The notes beneath the pieces were generated by a model. That model did no database searches. It was not told the origin of the DNA and was given only the letters and a program-made list of their open reading frames with translations. Made by a program: the position numbers and the translations under genes. Of a stretch of 64,000 nt of DNA, positions 11,528 to 23,941 are shown piece after piece. The DNA comes from Utricularia gibba (taxonomy: Eukaryota; Plantae; Magnoliophyta): NCBI GenBank assembly GCA_002189035.1, contig NEEC01000012.1, forward strand, positions 1,984,001 through 2,048,000, in the 5' to 3' direction. The stretch's first letter is position 1. Each line of letters starts with the position of its first letter.

Positions 11528-14500
11528 ATGGAAGGCGGTGATTGGAGGGGTCAGCTGCAACAAGATTCTAGGCAGAGAATTGTGAATAAAATGTAAGAAT
11601 TAGGTTTTAAGTTTAGGTGGAGAGTGTCTTTTAAGACTTTGAGATAAGTATCAATTATGATGCTTTCGATTGCAGAATGGAGACGCTGAAGAGGCATCTT
11701 CCTTATTCTGGACCAGAGGGATTGCAAGAACTCAAAAAAATCGCTGTTAGGTTTGAGGAGAAGATATACATCGCAGCAACAAGCCAGGTTTAAATGAATT
11801 TTCTCCTGTTTCCTCCTGCGTACACGCTGAGCATTGACCGTTCCTGTTGTCTTTTAATTGGACATACAGTCAGATTATCTAAGAAAAATATCTATGAAGA
11901 TGTTAACTATGGAGACAAAGTCTCAGAATCCGGATTCTATGCAGCCTGGTGGTGGAAGTAATTCGCAGGACCCAGGTACAGAATATCGCTGAAGTATATG
12001 AAAAGAGTCATTTTTTTTTTGTTGATGTTGCCATTAAGAAGGTGACTCTCCTTGCTCTTGTGGCATTTGGGCTCGATACATTCTCACTGGCACACCATCC
12101 CCTTTATAATGAGCCTCAACTTTTCATCAATGATGAGCCGATATACCTATCTATTCCGGCAACTTGTGTATCGCATACCTATGGATCCAATGGCATACTC
12201 CGAAAAATTTTCAACTCTTCTTGATTGTTGCAAATGAATGTGATTAAGGGGTTTTCTGGTGTTATTTTCCAAGTTGGATTTGATATTAGTGTCTGGTGTG
12301 TAGATCACATGTTATGAGTGCTTATGAAGTTGGGGGCTTCAGGCTATGGGGGGATTGATTTCCTGACTGGAGCGGTTGATAACTTGCCAGATTTAAAGGG
12401 TTTTTCCATAGCTGATTCCATGCATTGCTAGAATGCTGTCTAAAGACCATTTGAAAATCTCGTTCTGGAAAAAGCTTCTAGTTTTCTTGCCAAATCATTA
12501 AGTGAAGTGGTATTGGTATTCGACAAGGGATTACAAATCATTCATCTCACAGGAAATTTACGGAACCCTGTCTAAAAGTTGTTTCTATCATGTTATCTGA
12601 TTAGAGCCATAACACTTTTGAATATCATCTTTTTTTTTACTATTTTTATTTTTTGGATTGAGCAGTAGTCTGCTAACATCTCTTGGTGTTGCTTACATGA
12701 TTATTATCTGCACAATATGAATTGCTTTATACTGGTAATGCTGCCAGGATTTGGTCTCTGGTTATTTTTATCTTGAATTAATTACTAGTACGCTACCTGT
12801 TTTATATGAGTTATTGTGTCACCATATGTTCAATCTCTCTGCTTGCTTAACGCAGCTTCTCAAAGCATGCAGCCCCAAATACAAAATCAGGTCCAACAAC
12901 TTCAACTTCCGATGGTTTCCAGTCAGTCTCAGGTGCGACAGCAGATTTTATCCCAGAATTTACATAATAATATTGCCTTGAATGGCGCTCCAAATTCTTC
13001 TGGTTTGTCATCTGGTCTTCCGCGATGAGTGGCACCATGCCCAATATTCCTGGGCCAAATGCTAACATTCAGAACATGCAAAGCCTTCCAAATATGGCCT
13101 CTAACGCAATTGGGAATTCAATGGGCCAAGGTATGCCTGCTGGTAACTATGCCAATCCACAGAGGCAAGTTCAGAATAGGCAACAACCTGCTGCTAACCA
13201 GGAGCAGGCACAGCACTCCCAGGGGTCTCATCAGTATGTATACAATCAGCAGGTATTTATGAAGCCAAAGTACCAGACAGGTGGTATTCCACAGCAACCC
13301 ATCATGCAATCTCAGGTCTCACAGCAGCAGCAACAACAGAACCTGATGCTTCCTAATCATCTTCAGTCGTCGCAGCAGCCTGTTATTCAACCATCATTGA
13401 GGCAAACATCTTCACCAGCATCATCATCGTCTTCTACTCTCCAAAGTCAACAGTCATCTCTTCAGCATTCAAATCAATCTATGCTTCAACAGCCATCACA
13501 GTCGGTTCTTCGACAGCAGCAGCAGCAGCAGCCACAGGCTCCAGTCATGCATCAGCAGCAAAACCCAATGTCTCAACACTCAATATTGCCTTCTCAGCAG
13601 CCGCACCATACTGCACAGCAGCCAAATGCTGCAAATATCCAACCAAGTCAGCTGATTGGCCAACAAAACATTGTTGTTGATACACAACAACAGCAAAGGA
13701 TGATGCCGCAGCAGAATGCTATGCCCAACATGCAACAGCAGCATACAGCCAGTAAGCAAAACAATATTCCAAGTTTGCTTCAGTCGCAATCAGCCGCCCA
13801 GCAGAATAATATCCCAAATGTGCATCAGCAGCAATTAGGCTCCCAAAACAACCTATCTGGATTCCAGCAGCAGCAAGCGGTTGGTATCCAACTTGGCAAT
13901 TTTATCTTGCAACTTACTTTGAGCCTGTCTGTGGTTACAGTAATCAATGTTTTGATGCAGCAACAGATGCAGGCGAGTATGTCAAATATGTTGCCTAATC
14001 AATCTCAATCGCAGCCAATGCAGCATCAGTTGATGTCACAGATGCAGTCACAGTCAGGGCATATGCAACAGCAGTTAGGATTGCAGCAACAGGCGAATGC
14101 ATTGTCAAGGGACATGCAACAAAGGATTCAAGCATCTGTTCCCTTGAATCAACAGCCGACAACGGTTGATCAAAAGCCGATTATGCAACCTCAGAGAGTG
14201 ATTGGTGAATCACAACTAAGTAAGTAGCTGGTGCTTTTGTAATAACTCGGACATTTATCAAAGGAGAAAAAAATATGATAATGATATTGAGGCTCAGCTA
14301 TTAGTGCAGGCCATGGATTCGAAAATTGAATGTTCTTTCCTTGTCTGGATTGTGCCGTATAATTCATTTACTGCTTTTAATCATGGTTCTCTTTTGCTTA
14401 ATCTAACACTTTGAAAACTTAGCATCTCGAGATCCCTCGTCACAGATGGGAAATTCAGGTGGAGATTGGCAAGAAGAAGTTTATCAAAAGGTATTACATC

Positions 14501-17500
14501 TAAGTGGAGATTGGCAACTGTGACCTGTCGCGTGTGCATTTTCTGTGTGAAGCTCCACTTTAGTCTTCCTAACTTTTGGGCTGATTGCAGATCAAATCCA
14601 TGAATGAGATGTATTATTCTGAATTAAACGAAGCATACCAAAGAATTGTTGCAAAGTTGCAGCAGGTGAGCTACTGTTTGATTTTCATTGTACTCTAATT
14701 GGTCACCTTTGATCAAGTGGTTGATTGGTGTGTTTTGTGCTTCACAATCTGTGGTTATTTAAATTTGAAAGCTAATGTAGGTTTTGTTGATAGAAAGTAA
14801 TCACGCGTGTATAATCCATCACTTAAATCGATTTGACGTATGACGTCTGGCTCTTGTTTTTTTTTTAAGAATACATTTCCTTCCAACTCTGTATCATTCA
14901 ATTTCTATTGCCGTGTATCAAATTTTTATTCCCTCTTTCTTATACTTCTTTTCATCATTTTAACGTTTCATCAAGCTTTACCAATAAATCCTTGTTGCGT
15001 TTGATACAACTGAAATCGTTGATTTCTTTTTTCTTTTTTTTTAAATGGGTATTTTGAATAAGGTGAGTAAATAACTGTTAAATAGGGGTAAATGAGATTA
15101 TTCATTTAATTACTTATACGACAAGCACAATGCCTATAATCTACTTCTTAATGAGGCATATAAAGCACATAAAATTTCACCTTAATGCACTGCAAACTAG
15201 TCTCTCTTCAAACAAATTATTTATAAAAGGCCAGATTTATCTTTGAAAATTCACTTTGATTATCAACATTTTTATTTTCGACTGACTTTACTTCTGCTTT
15301 TGCAGCATGATTCGATTCCTCAAATGCCAAAGGGTGACCAATTTGATAAGCTCACCTTTTTCAAGGGAATGTTGGAGCGATTGCTTTCATTTCTGAGAAT
15401 TTCCAAGAATGAAATTCAACCAGCTCTTAAGGATAAGATGGTTCAGGTTGAGAAGCAGATCATCAGCATTCTGAATTCAAATAGGCCTCGAAAGCCTGTT
15501 TCTTCATTGCAGAAAGGACAACACATGCTTGCTGCACAGCAGCCTCAGCAACAACAGCCTCAAATTTCTCAGATGCAGACAAATGAAGGTCAAATGAATT
15601 CTCAGATACAGTCTCTGAATGGACAAGGTTCAGTTGTGACTAATTTGTCCAATCTGCAGCATGGTTCACTATCTTCAGCTTCTGGTGTTCCGAATTCTCG
15701 TCAGAGTATTATGGATATTATGCAGCATGGTTCGAATTTTGATGCAGGACAAGGAAATGCATTAAACCAGATGCAGCAAGTGGCTATAAACTCTCTGCAG
15801 CAGAACTCTGTGAGTGGTCCTCAGCAGATGAACATCCCTTCTGTGACATCCCAATCTGGTTTGACAACCTTAGCATCTTCTGTTAACCCATTACATGGAA
15901 ATTCTAATATGATTCAGGGACAGCAAATAAAGCAGGAACCACTTATGTTAAACCAACAGTTGAAACAACAGTACCAGCAGCGACAGATTCAGCAGCAATA
16001 TATACAAAGACAACAGATCATGCAGCAGCAACAGCAGCTCCAAGCACACCAACAAGCTGTCCAGATGCCTGGTCAACAAGTGACCCATCTTAATCAGATT
16101 AATGATGCAAACGATGTGAAATTGAGGCACCAGATGGCTGGAAAAACAGGAGTTCTGCAGTCACATTCCTCTATCCAGCGGCCGGCCTATCATCATCAGT
16201 CATTCTCTATTTCCTCACAACAGGCTCCATCCTCACAGATTCCTCATCATTCTTCTCCCCAAATGGAACAACAAAGTCTTCTGGCATCCCATACAAAAGT
16301 TGGAACTCCTTCACAATCTGCAAATTCTCCTTTTGTTGTCCCATCACCTTCAACCTCGGTGGCTCCATCTCCCATGCTAGGTGATTATGAGAAGATTGTC
16401 TCTGTTGTTCCTTCACAGTCAAATGCTGGAAATAGCAATAATCTGCCGACACCTGCAGCATCTGTACAAAATCAGTCACTTGCCATTGGAACTCCTGGTA
16501 TATCAGCCTCGCCTTTACTGGCAGAATTTTCCAACCCAGATGGGCCACATGGTGTGTTGCCTAACATTATTCCTGCAACCTCGAATGTAGTGGAGCGACC
16601 ACTTGATCGCTTGATAAATGCTGTCAGTGAGACTTTAACATCTTTTGTATTTAGACATTTCGTCCTTATGTAGTCTGAATTTCTATTTTATTTTGACAGG
16701 TAAAATCTTTGACTCCCACAGCTTTGAGTGCTTCAGTTAATGACGTCAGCTCTGTTGTCCGGTTGACTGACAGAATAGCTGGTTCTGCACCAGGAAATGG
16801 ATCACGGGCTGCAATGGGTGAAGACTTAGTTGCTATCACAAAGTGTCGTCTTCAGGCCAGAAATTTCTTCAGTGCAGATGGGTCTGGCTGCACAAAAAAA
16901 GTTAGACGTTGTATCTCTGCAATGACTTCTAATGTTGTTTCGTGTACTGGGACCATGAATGAGAGTTCCAAGAGTGCTGGTGGAAATGAATCCTATGGAC
17001 AGTCACTGAAGTTTCATCCAAGAAAAGGCCTAGAAATGATGTACTTCATCTTTTTTTTAAGCCTAAATTGATGCATGTTTTTATGGAGACTGCCAATGTT
17101 TAAATATCAATATGACATTTGTGTTATTGTTGCACACCTGTGAATTTAAAATAAACTAAAGCTGTTCTTATTTGCAGGTCAATCACGTGCTTGAGGAAGA
17201 ACTGCATGAAATTAATGTGGAACTTATTGATACTGTGGTGCATATTAGTGATGATGTTGATCCAACTGCAGTAGCTGCAGCTGCTGAATGTGCAGAAGGA
17301 ACTGTGGTGAAGTGCTGTTTCAGTGCTGTGGGTCTTGGCCCAAATCTGAAATCGCAATTTGCTTCCGCTCAGATGGTGAAATTTTGGACCTCTTGAGCCA
17401 TCTTTTATTTTACTGTTTTCTTTTAGTCATCATTGTACCTTTCTTTAAATGCAGTCACCAATTCAGCCTTTAAGATTGCTCATTCCAAAGGATTATCCAA

Positions 17501-17894
17501 GCTGCTCTCCTGTACTTCTGGATAAGTTTCCAATTGAAGTGAGGTTAGTCTATGTGCGGTTAGTGGTGCATCCATTTATTCCTGAGTAGTTGAATTGGAT
17601 GATTTCGTTTTAGAATGTATTTTTTCTTACCTTTGGTCGTATGTTTTTTTGCACAACCATGGTAATGCTTTTTCCCTCACCTTCAGCAAGGAATACGAAG
17701 ATCTTTCTATGAAGGCAAAGTGTAGACTCAGCATCTCCCTTCGAGCTCTTCCGCAGCCAATGTCTCTTGGAGAAATTGCACGAACCTGGGATAAATGTGC
17801 CCGAGCCGTCATATCCGAGTATGCACAGCAGAGTGGTGGCGGTACTTTCAGCTCCAAATATGGTACCTGGGAGAACTGCCTCAGTGCCGCCTGA
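11528..17894 (+). CDS. MED15A: Mediator of RNA polymerase II transcription subunit 15a-like (KIX domain, Q-rich region)
   Basis: [31 protein letters not shown]...RFEEKIY...[18 protein letters not shown] (KIX), long Gln-rich exons, [25 protein letters not shown], and C-terminal [19 protein letters not shown] stop. Apparent 1-nt deletions at 13020-13021 and 16997-16998. Confidence 0.95.
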
Positions 17895-18394
17895 ACGAAG
17901 TTTAGATCAACTGAGAGAAGTGCTTCCATTAGTCTGCAGCCATCTGTAAAGCCGAGGGGGTCTTCAATCCCTCTTTGTATCAGTGCTGCCTGAACGACCT
18001 CAGGGACTCAGTTGCAAAGATGAACATTCTATACATACATATCTCATACTGTCCTAAAACATGAATGATGTTGGTAGTTGAAGTATTATTTTGTATCGTT
18101 GGAAAGGTGTATTTGAATGTGTCGAGTCATTTTTGTATTTTTGAAACTTGAGAAACATATGCTAAATTATTAGTTTTTGGAGGGTATTAACTAAGTATGT
18201 GTTTGATAGTTATATCGATATAGATTATTTCGATATAAATTTTTATTGATTGAAGTTATAAAAATAAGGAGGTATATTGATGTAGATAATTTTATGTTTT
18301 TAAAAAAGTAAAAAAGTATTTCGATAAAATTTAATATCGATTATTAAACATATTATTATTATCTCTAATGTTTGGATATTTTATGTTATCTTTA

Positions 18395-18710
18395 TTAGTC
18401 TAACAGTACAACTGAGTCGAGTCGGCTCGAACTCAACTCAACTACAACCGGCTCGATTGAGTTTGAGCTGAGCCAATATCAAACTTGAGCCAATTGTCGA
18501 ACCGAGCTCGAGCTTCACATTCCAAGGCTCAAGGCTCGAGTAGACACATTTGTGGGTTCGAAATACATTTTTGGACTCGAGGCATATTTTTGGATTCAAA
18601 TTTAGCCCGAGTTCGAGCCAAGTTTTCTTGGGTTCGACGAGCTTGAGCTCGAGCTCGAGCTCGAAATTTACTGAAAAACTAGGTTTGGCTCGAGCTCGTT
18701 TGCAAACCTA
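18395..18710. mobile_element. Non-autonomous hAT-type MITE remnant
   Basis: Dense GAGCTC/CTCGAG subterminal repeats and a right end GCTCGTTTGCAAACCTA resembling TAGGGxTGxAAACGAG hAT-MITE termini. The left end is degenerate. Confidence 0.55.
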
Positions 18711-20068
18711 GTATCAACCATTATAGGTATATGGAAATTATGTGCATGTTTTATGATATTTTTTTCATACATCTATATTGAATTATTATCGAATTAGTGA
18801 AAAATACATGTATTTTATAATAAATAATTTCTATGTAACCATAATAATGTTAATCAAACATTAATGATCAATGATGTTAAGTTTTGACCAAAGAATCATA
18901 GTTATTATTATTAAATTGACATACAATTTTGATTAAAGTAGATGATTAAAAAACTATGTCATGTCTCTAGCCAAATTGGTTGACTATTTAAGTCTTAAAA
19001 AATACTCACTATTAGTTTAAATTAATAATTTATAAAACCAAGATTAAAATCATACATTTTAATACTTGTCATTGTATATATATAAAAATTTAATAAATTC
19101 TAAAAGGTATATAGTAAAAAATATCTATATTGATACTTGAAATTACCAAATTAATTAAATCAATTAAATTGATCATTTGAGTATAAATAATTGATGTTCG
19201 AAATTATCAAATTGATAAAACATTTGATCAAAATAAATCTTAATTATTCGTTAAAGTTGTTTATTCAATAAACGTTATTAATCAGTTTTGTTATTGTTAA
19301 TAAAACTTAGGTAAAAATTACATGTTTTGCAAAATATGCAAGTCACGTTTGCATTGTATATAACATGGTTGATGATCAAAATTATAATTATTAAATATCA
19401 TTTATGTAAAAGAAAATTTTAATAATAACACCTCAAATTTTGATCACTATAAATAGTTTAAATCTAAATAAATTATAATAATTTGTGACATTGTTCATTA
19501 TCAAAATATGCACATTCTTGGTTGACTTAAAAAAATTCGGAAACCGTTAAACTGAGTAACCGTTTTTTCCGGTTACAAATGTGGTCAGAAAATCATGTTA
19601 TCATCATCTGGCTTCCCAGTTTTTTGGTCAGTTATTTTTGTGGGCACCAGGGAAGAGGTTCCACGTAGATTCATGTTGGTGTCGGTTTTTCTTTTCAATT
19701 TACAGATGCACGCATTTATGGAGTTCCGTTGATTCTTGCTTCCCGCGGTAAAGACGCCTACTCTTTGTCCTTCCCTGCAAATTTCGTTAGAGAAAAAAGG
19801 AGGGGGGGAAGAGATTGTACCGGGAGAGTGGCATTGGCCGTGAAAATCAACTTTCTTTGGCGTAAACGAAATTGCCCAGATCATTTCCACGGCCACCGTT
19901 CACTTTTTCCAACCAACGGATATAGACATACGGTGGAGTCCCTGAAATCTCTCATTTTTTTATTTCCAAACCTTTCATTGTTCTTGTATCTTACACCCCA
20001 GATTGCGTTTCCCCTCCTTTTCTCCTGTTTTCAAGCTCTTTAGGGTGCTACACTATATTGCCAATACT

Positions 20069-23000
20069 ATGCGTAGTTTGAAGATGATTGATGGGTGCAA
20101 AGGAGCCCAAGTTTACGCTCTGAATCCAAGCAGCGGCGGTGTTGCAGAGCGGTTCTTGCAACATTTGCAAGATAACCTCAGGGTTAATTCGATGAGATCG
20201 AAATCTCATCGGCGTAACCGAAGTTTACCTCAGATTCCTAATAATGCGAATGTAATTAGTGTAGCAGAAACTTTTGCGGTTTATGGGCTTCCTCAAAAGG
20301 ACCTTTTGGAGCCTCAAATTGATCCATATCTTAAATTTGTTGATTATGTTGATGTTCTAGCGGATGCTTATAGGAGACTTGATGAATGCCCTGAATTTGA
20401 TAGATCAAGGATGTACATTGAGCAATCTGCGATCTTTAGGGCTTTCATGACTCAAAATTTTTTAGGCGATGTCTTCGTTCTGCGAGGCAATATGCAGTGG
20501 ATGTGCATTCTAAGGTTGTGCTTTCATCTTGGTTGAGGTATGAACGACGGGAAGATGAGTTGTCTGGTGTGTCCGCAATGACGTGTAGTAGCTTAAATAT
20601 GGAATGCCCCAAAGAGTCATTGCGACCAGGGTATAATCTTGAGTCTTCAAATGATTTATGTTGTTGTTACAATGGAGAAAAGGAGCAATGCTCAAAATCT
20701 ATTAGATATAATGATGGTTGTGATAGCCTTGGTGATGATCATGATCTTTGTTTTTGCATTGGGGATAGTGAAGTTCGATGCAATAGGTTTAAAATAGCTT
20801 CACTGTCAAGACCATTCAAGGCACTGTTGTATGGTAGCTTCATGGAAGCTAGAAGTGAAAGAATATATTTCTCTGAAAATGGTATTTCCGCAAGAGCAAT
20901 GAGAGCTGCTGAGGTGTTTTCCAGGACGAAGAATGTGAATTCTTTCGAGCCAAATACAGTTTTGGAGCTCTTGACATTGGCTAACAGATTTTGTTGTGAT
21001 GAGATGAAATCTTCATGTGACGCACATCTTGCTTCTCTTGTTACAGACATGGATACGGCTGTTCAGCTCATTGAATATGGACTGGAGGAGGCTTCATACC
21101 TTCTAGTAGCAGCTTGCTTACAGATCTTTCTCAGGGAATTGCCACATTCGTTGCGAAATCCATTTGTGATGCGAATCTTGTGCAGTTCAGAAGCAAAAGC
21201 GAAGTTAGAATTAGCTGGGCATGCATCCTTTTTGCTTTACAGTTTTTTGAGTCAAGTTGCTATGGAGGAAGATATGGAGTCCAATACAACTGTCATGCTT
21301 CTGGAGAGGATGGCAGAATGTGCATCAGAGAGTTGGGAGAAGCAGTTGGCGTATCATCAGTTGGGCTGTGTGATGCTTGAGAGAAAAGAATACATAGATG
21401 CACAAACATGGTTTGAAGCTGCTGTTCAGGAAGGACATATTTATTCCTTGGTTGGAGTTGCAAGAGCTACAGATAAGCGTGGCCAAAAGTACAAGGCTTT
21501 CAAAATGATGAACTCCATCATTTCTGACTACACACCCTGTGGATGGATGTATCAAGAAAAATGTTTATATAATAACAATGGAAGTGATAAACTTACTGAT
21601 CTAGATACAGCTACCAAGCTTAACCCCACTCTTTTGTATCCTTACAAATACAGAGCAGTATCAAAAATGGAAGAAGAAGATATTGATGGAGCCATATCCG
21701 AGATAAACAGAGTCATTGGCTTTAAGGTGTCTCCAGATTGCCTTGAGTTGCGTTGTTGGCTCTTGATTTCCAAAGGAGACTATGAGGGAGCTCTAACAGA
21801 TGCTCGTGCTCTCATTACATTGGATCCTCATTATATGATGTTCCATGGGAAATTACATGGAGGCAAGCTAGTTGAACTGCTAAACCATCATGTTCAGGAG
21901 CAGCGCAGTCAAGCTGATTGCTGGATGCAGCTGTATGATTCTTGGTCTTCAGTTGATGACATCGGCTCTTTGGCTGTTGTGCACCACATGTTGGATAATG
22001 ATCCTGGGAGAAGCCACTTAAGATTCAGGCAGTCTCTCCTTCTTCTCCGGTGAGTACCTACTTTTGTTCTGAGCTCTGCAATCTCTGATGCATGATGGCA
22101 TAGTGAATTGGTGCTGTGAATAGATTAAACTGTGACAAGGCTGCTATGAGATGTTTAAGAATGGCGAGGAATGATGCACCATCCGAACACGAGAGGCTTG
22201 TGTACGAAGGATGGATGCTATATGACACAGGCTACCGTGAACAAGCAGTTGCAAAAGCTGAGGAATCCATCTCAGTACAGAGATCATTTGAAGCATTTTT
22301 TCTAAAAGCATATGTTTTATCTGAAACAACCACAGACCATGAGTCTTCACTCTATGTCATCCATCTTCTAGAGGAGGCTCTGAGGTGCCCATCAGATGGT
22401 CTGAGGAAGGGACAAGTAAGTAGTATTGCTTCTGCATTTTCACTGTGAAACAAATAATGTGAGAAGAGATTCATTGTGCAACTGCAGGCCTTGAGCAATC
22501 TCGCTAGTATATATGTGGATGTGGATAAACTAGACAAAGCTGTGGACTGCTACATGAATGCACTCAACATTAAGCATACAAGAGCTCATCAGGGCCTGGC
22601 TCGAGTATACCATCAAAAGAATCTTCGCAGAGCGGCCTGTGACGAGATGATCAAGTTGATCGAAAAGGCTCAAGGTAGCAACAATGCTTCAGCTTCAGCT
22701 TCTGCATATGAGAAGAAATCAGAGTACAGTGACCACGAAACTGCTAAAAGTGACCTTGCCATGGCCACTCGTCTTGATCCTCTAAGAACTTACCCCTACA
22801 GATACCGTGCTGCTGGTAAAAATCTAATCATCCATGAGTACAGTAACGATTTTCATCTTGGGGAAGCATCAAAATTGAGTCTTGCTTCAAATTCTGCAGT
22901 TCTCATGGATAACCACAAGGAAGCTGAAGCCATAACAGAGCTGGCAAACGCCATAGCTTTCAAGCCAGACCTCCAGCTGCTTCATCTTCGCGCGGCGTTT

Positions 23001-23123
23001 CATGATTCGATGGGTGAAACCGCTGCCACCCTACGTGACTGTGAAGCTGCTCTGTGTCTGGATCCTACACACACTGATACACTTCAGCTATACAAGAAAG
23101 CTAAAAATGGAACCTTGATTTGA
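20069..23123 (+). CDS. ETO1: ETHYLENE OVERPRODUCER 1-like BTB/TPR protein, 4 exons
   Basis: Starts MRSLKMIDGCKGAQVYALNP; WLRYERREDEL; BTB region; TPRs; SVDDIGSLAVVHHML; RLDPLRTYPYRYRAAVLMD. Exons about 20069-22049, 22123-22415, 22487-22815, 22900-23123. Apparent 1-nt deletion at 20439-20441. Confidence 0.95.
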
Positions 23124-23941
23124 TCGACTTGTTGCTACTGGTGTCTTGTTGTGTTTTAAGTACATATCTCAGAGATAATGTGTTAACATTGCGTTGTATT
23201 GAGTTGTATATGAGTTCTGTTTTTTTGGATTCATATCAAGAATTACTTTTAAGATCTTTTTAAAAATAAAAATAAAGTATCATTATCATCAGAATTTCAT
23301 TATGCTTGGAACAATCCAAGAGGAAGATTGTGTTTCAGGTTTTGTCTTGTCTTGTTCCGCGAAAAGGAAGCTGTGTTGTGTTCTTCCAATTCGTTCCTCT
23401 TTAACCTTCAGTCTTCCCTTCTCCCTCCCCTTTTAGCCTACCTTTTAACTGTAGTCGAAAAGAATGCCAGTCTTTCGGTCAAATGCCACCAGTTGGCAAC
23501 TCTTGCAATTCCCGGTAACCTGCTTCTGTTCCTCATCCTAAATTCGCACGCTTTCACCTAAAAGTTGTCCCCTTTCCAAATACTTTCATCAAATCTGAGG
23601 ACCCATTTGGGGTTCAGCTGTTTTCTCGGAGCTTGCTCGTTTTTCATTCCTTTCCTTAAAACACCGGTGGGTCGTGTGTTGAACCTTCAACTGACTGTGG
23701 GCTGGTTGGGGAATTGGCCCTCCGTGGTCGATTCGTCTTGTGCTGCGGACTCCCATTCATCTGTTTTTGCTTGGACTACGAATCGAGTTTCGTTTCAACC
23801 CATGAAAGTTGGTTTGCTTGAGTCGATTCTTAAATCTCGTTGTTTGTTGTCTGTAACATGATTAGGCATCAAGATTTGTAATCTGTTGACAAGGAGGGGA
23901 TTTGAGTTTCCTTGGGGGCTGTGGAATTGGTTTACCGGAAG

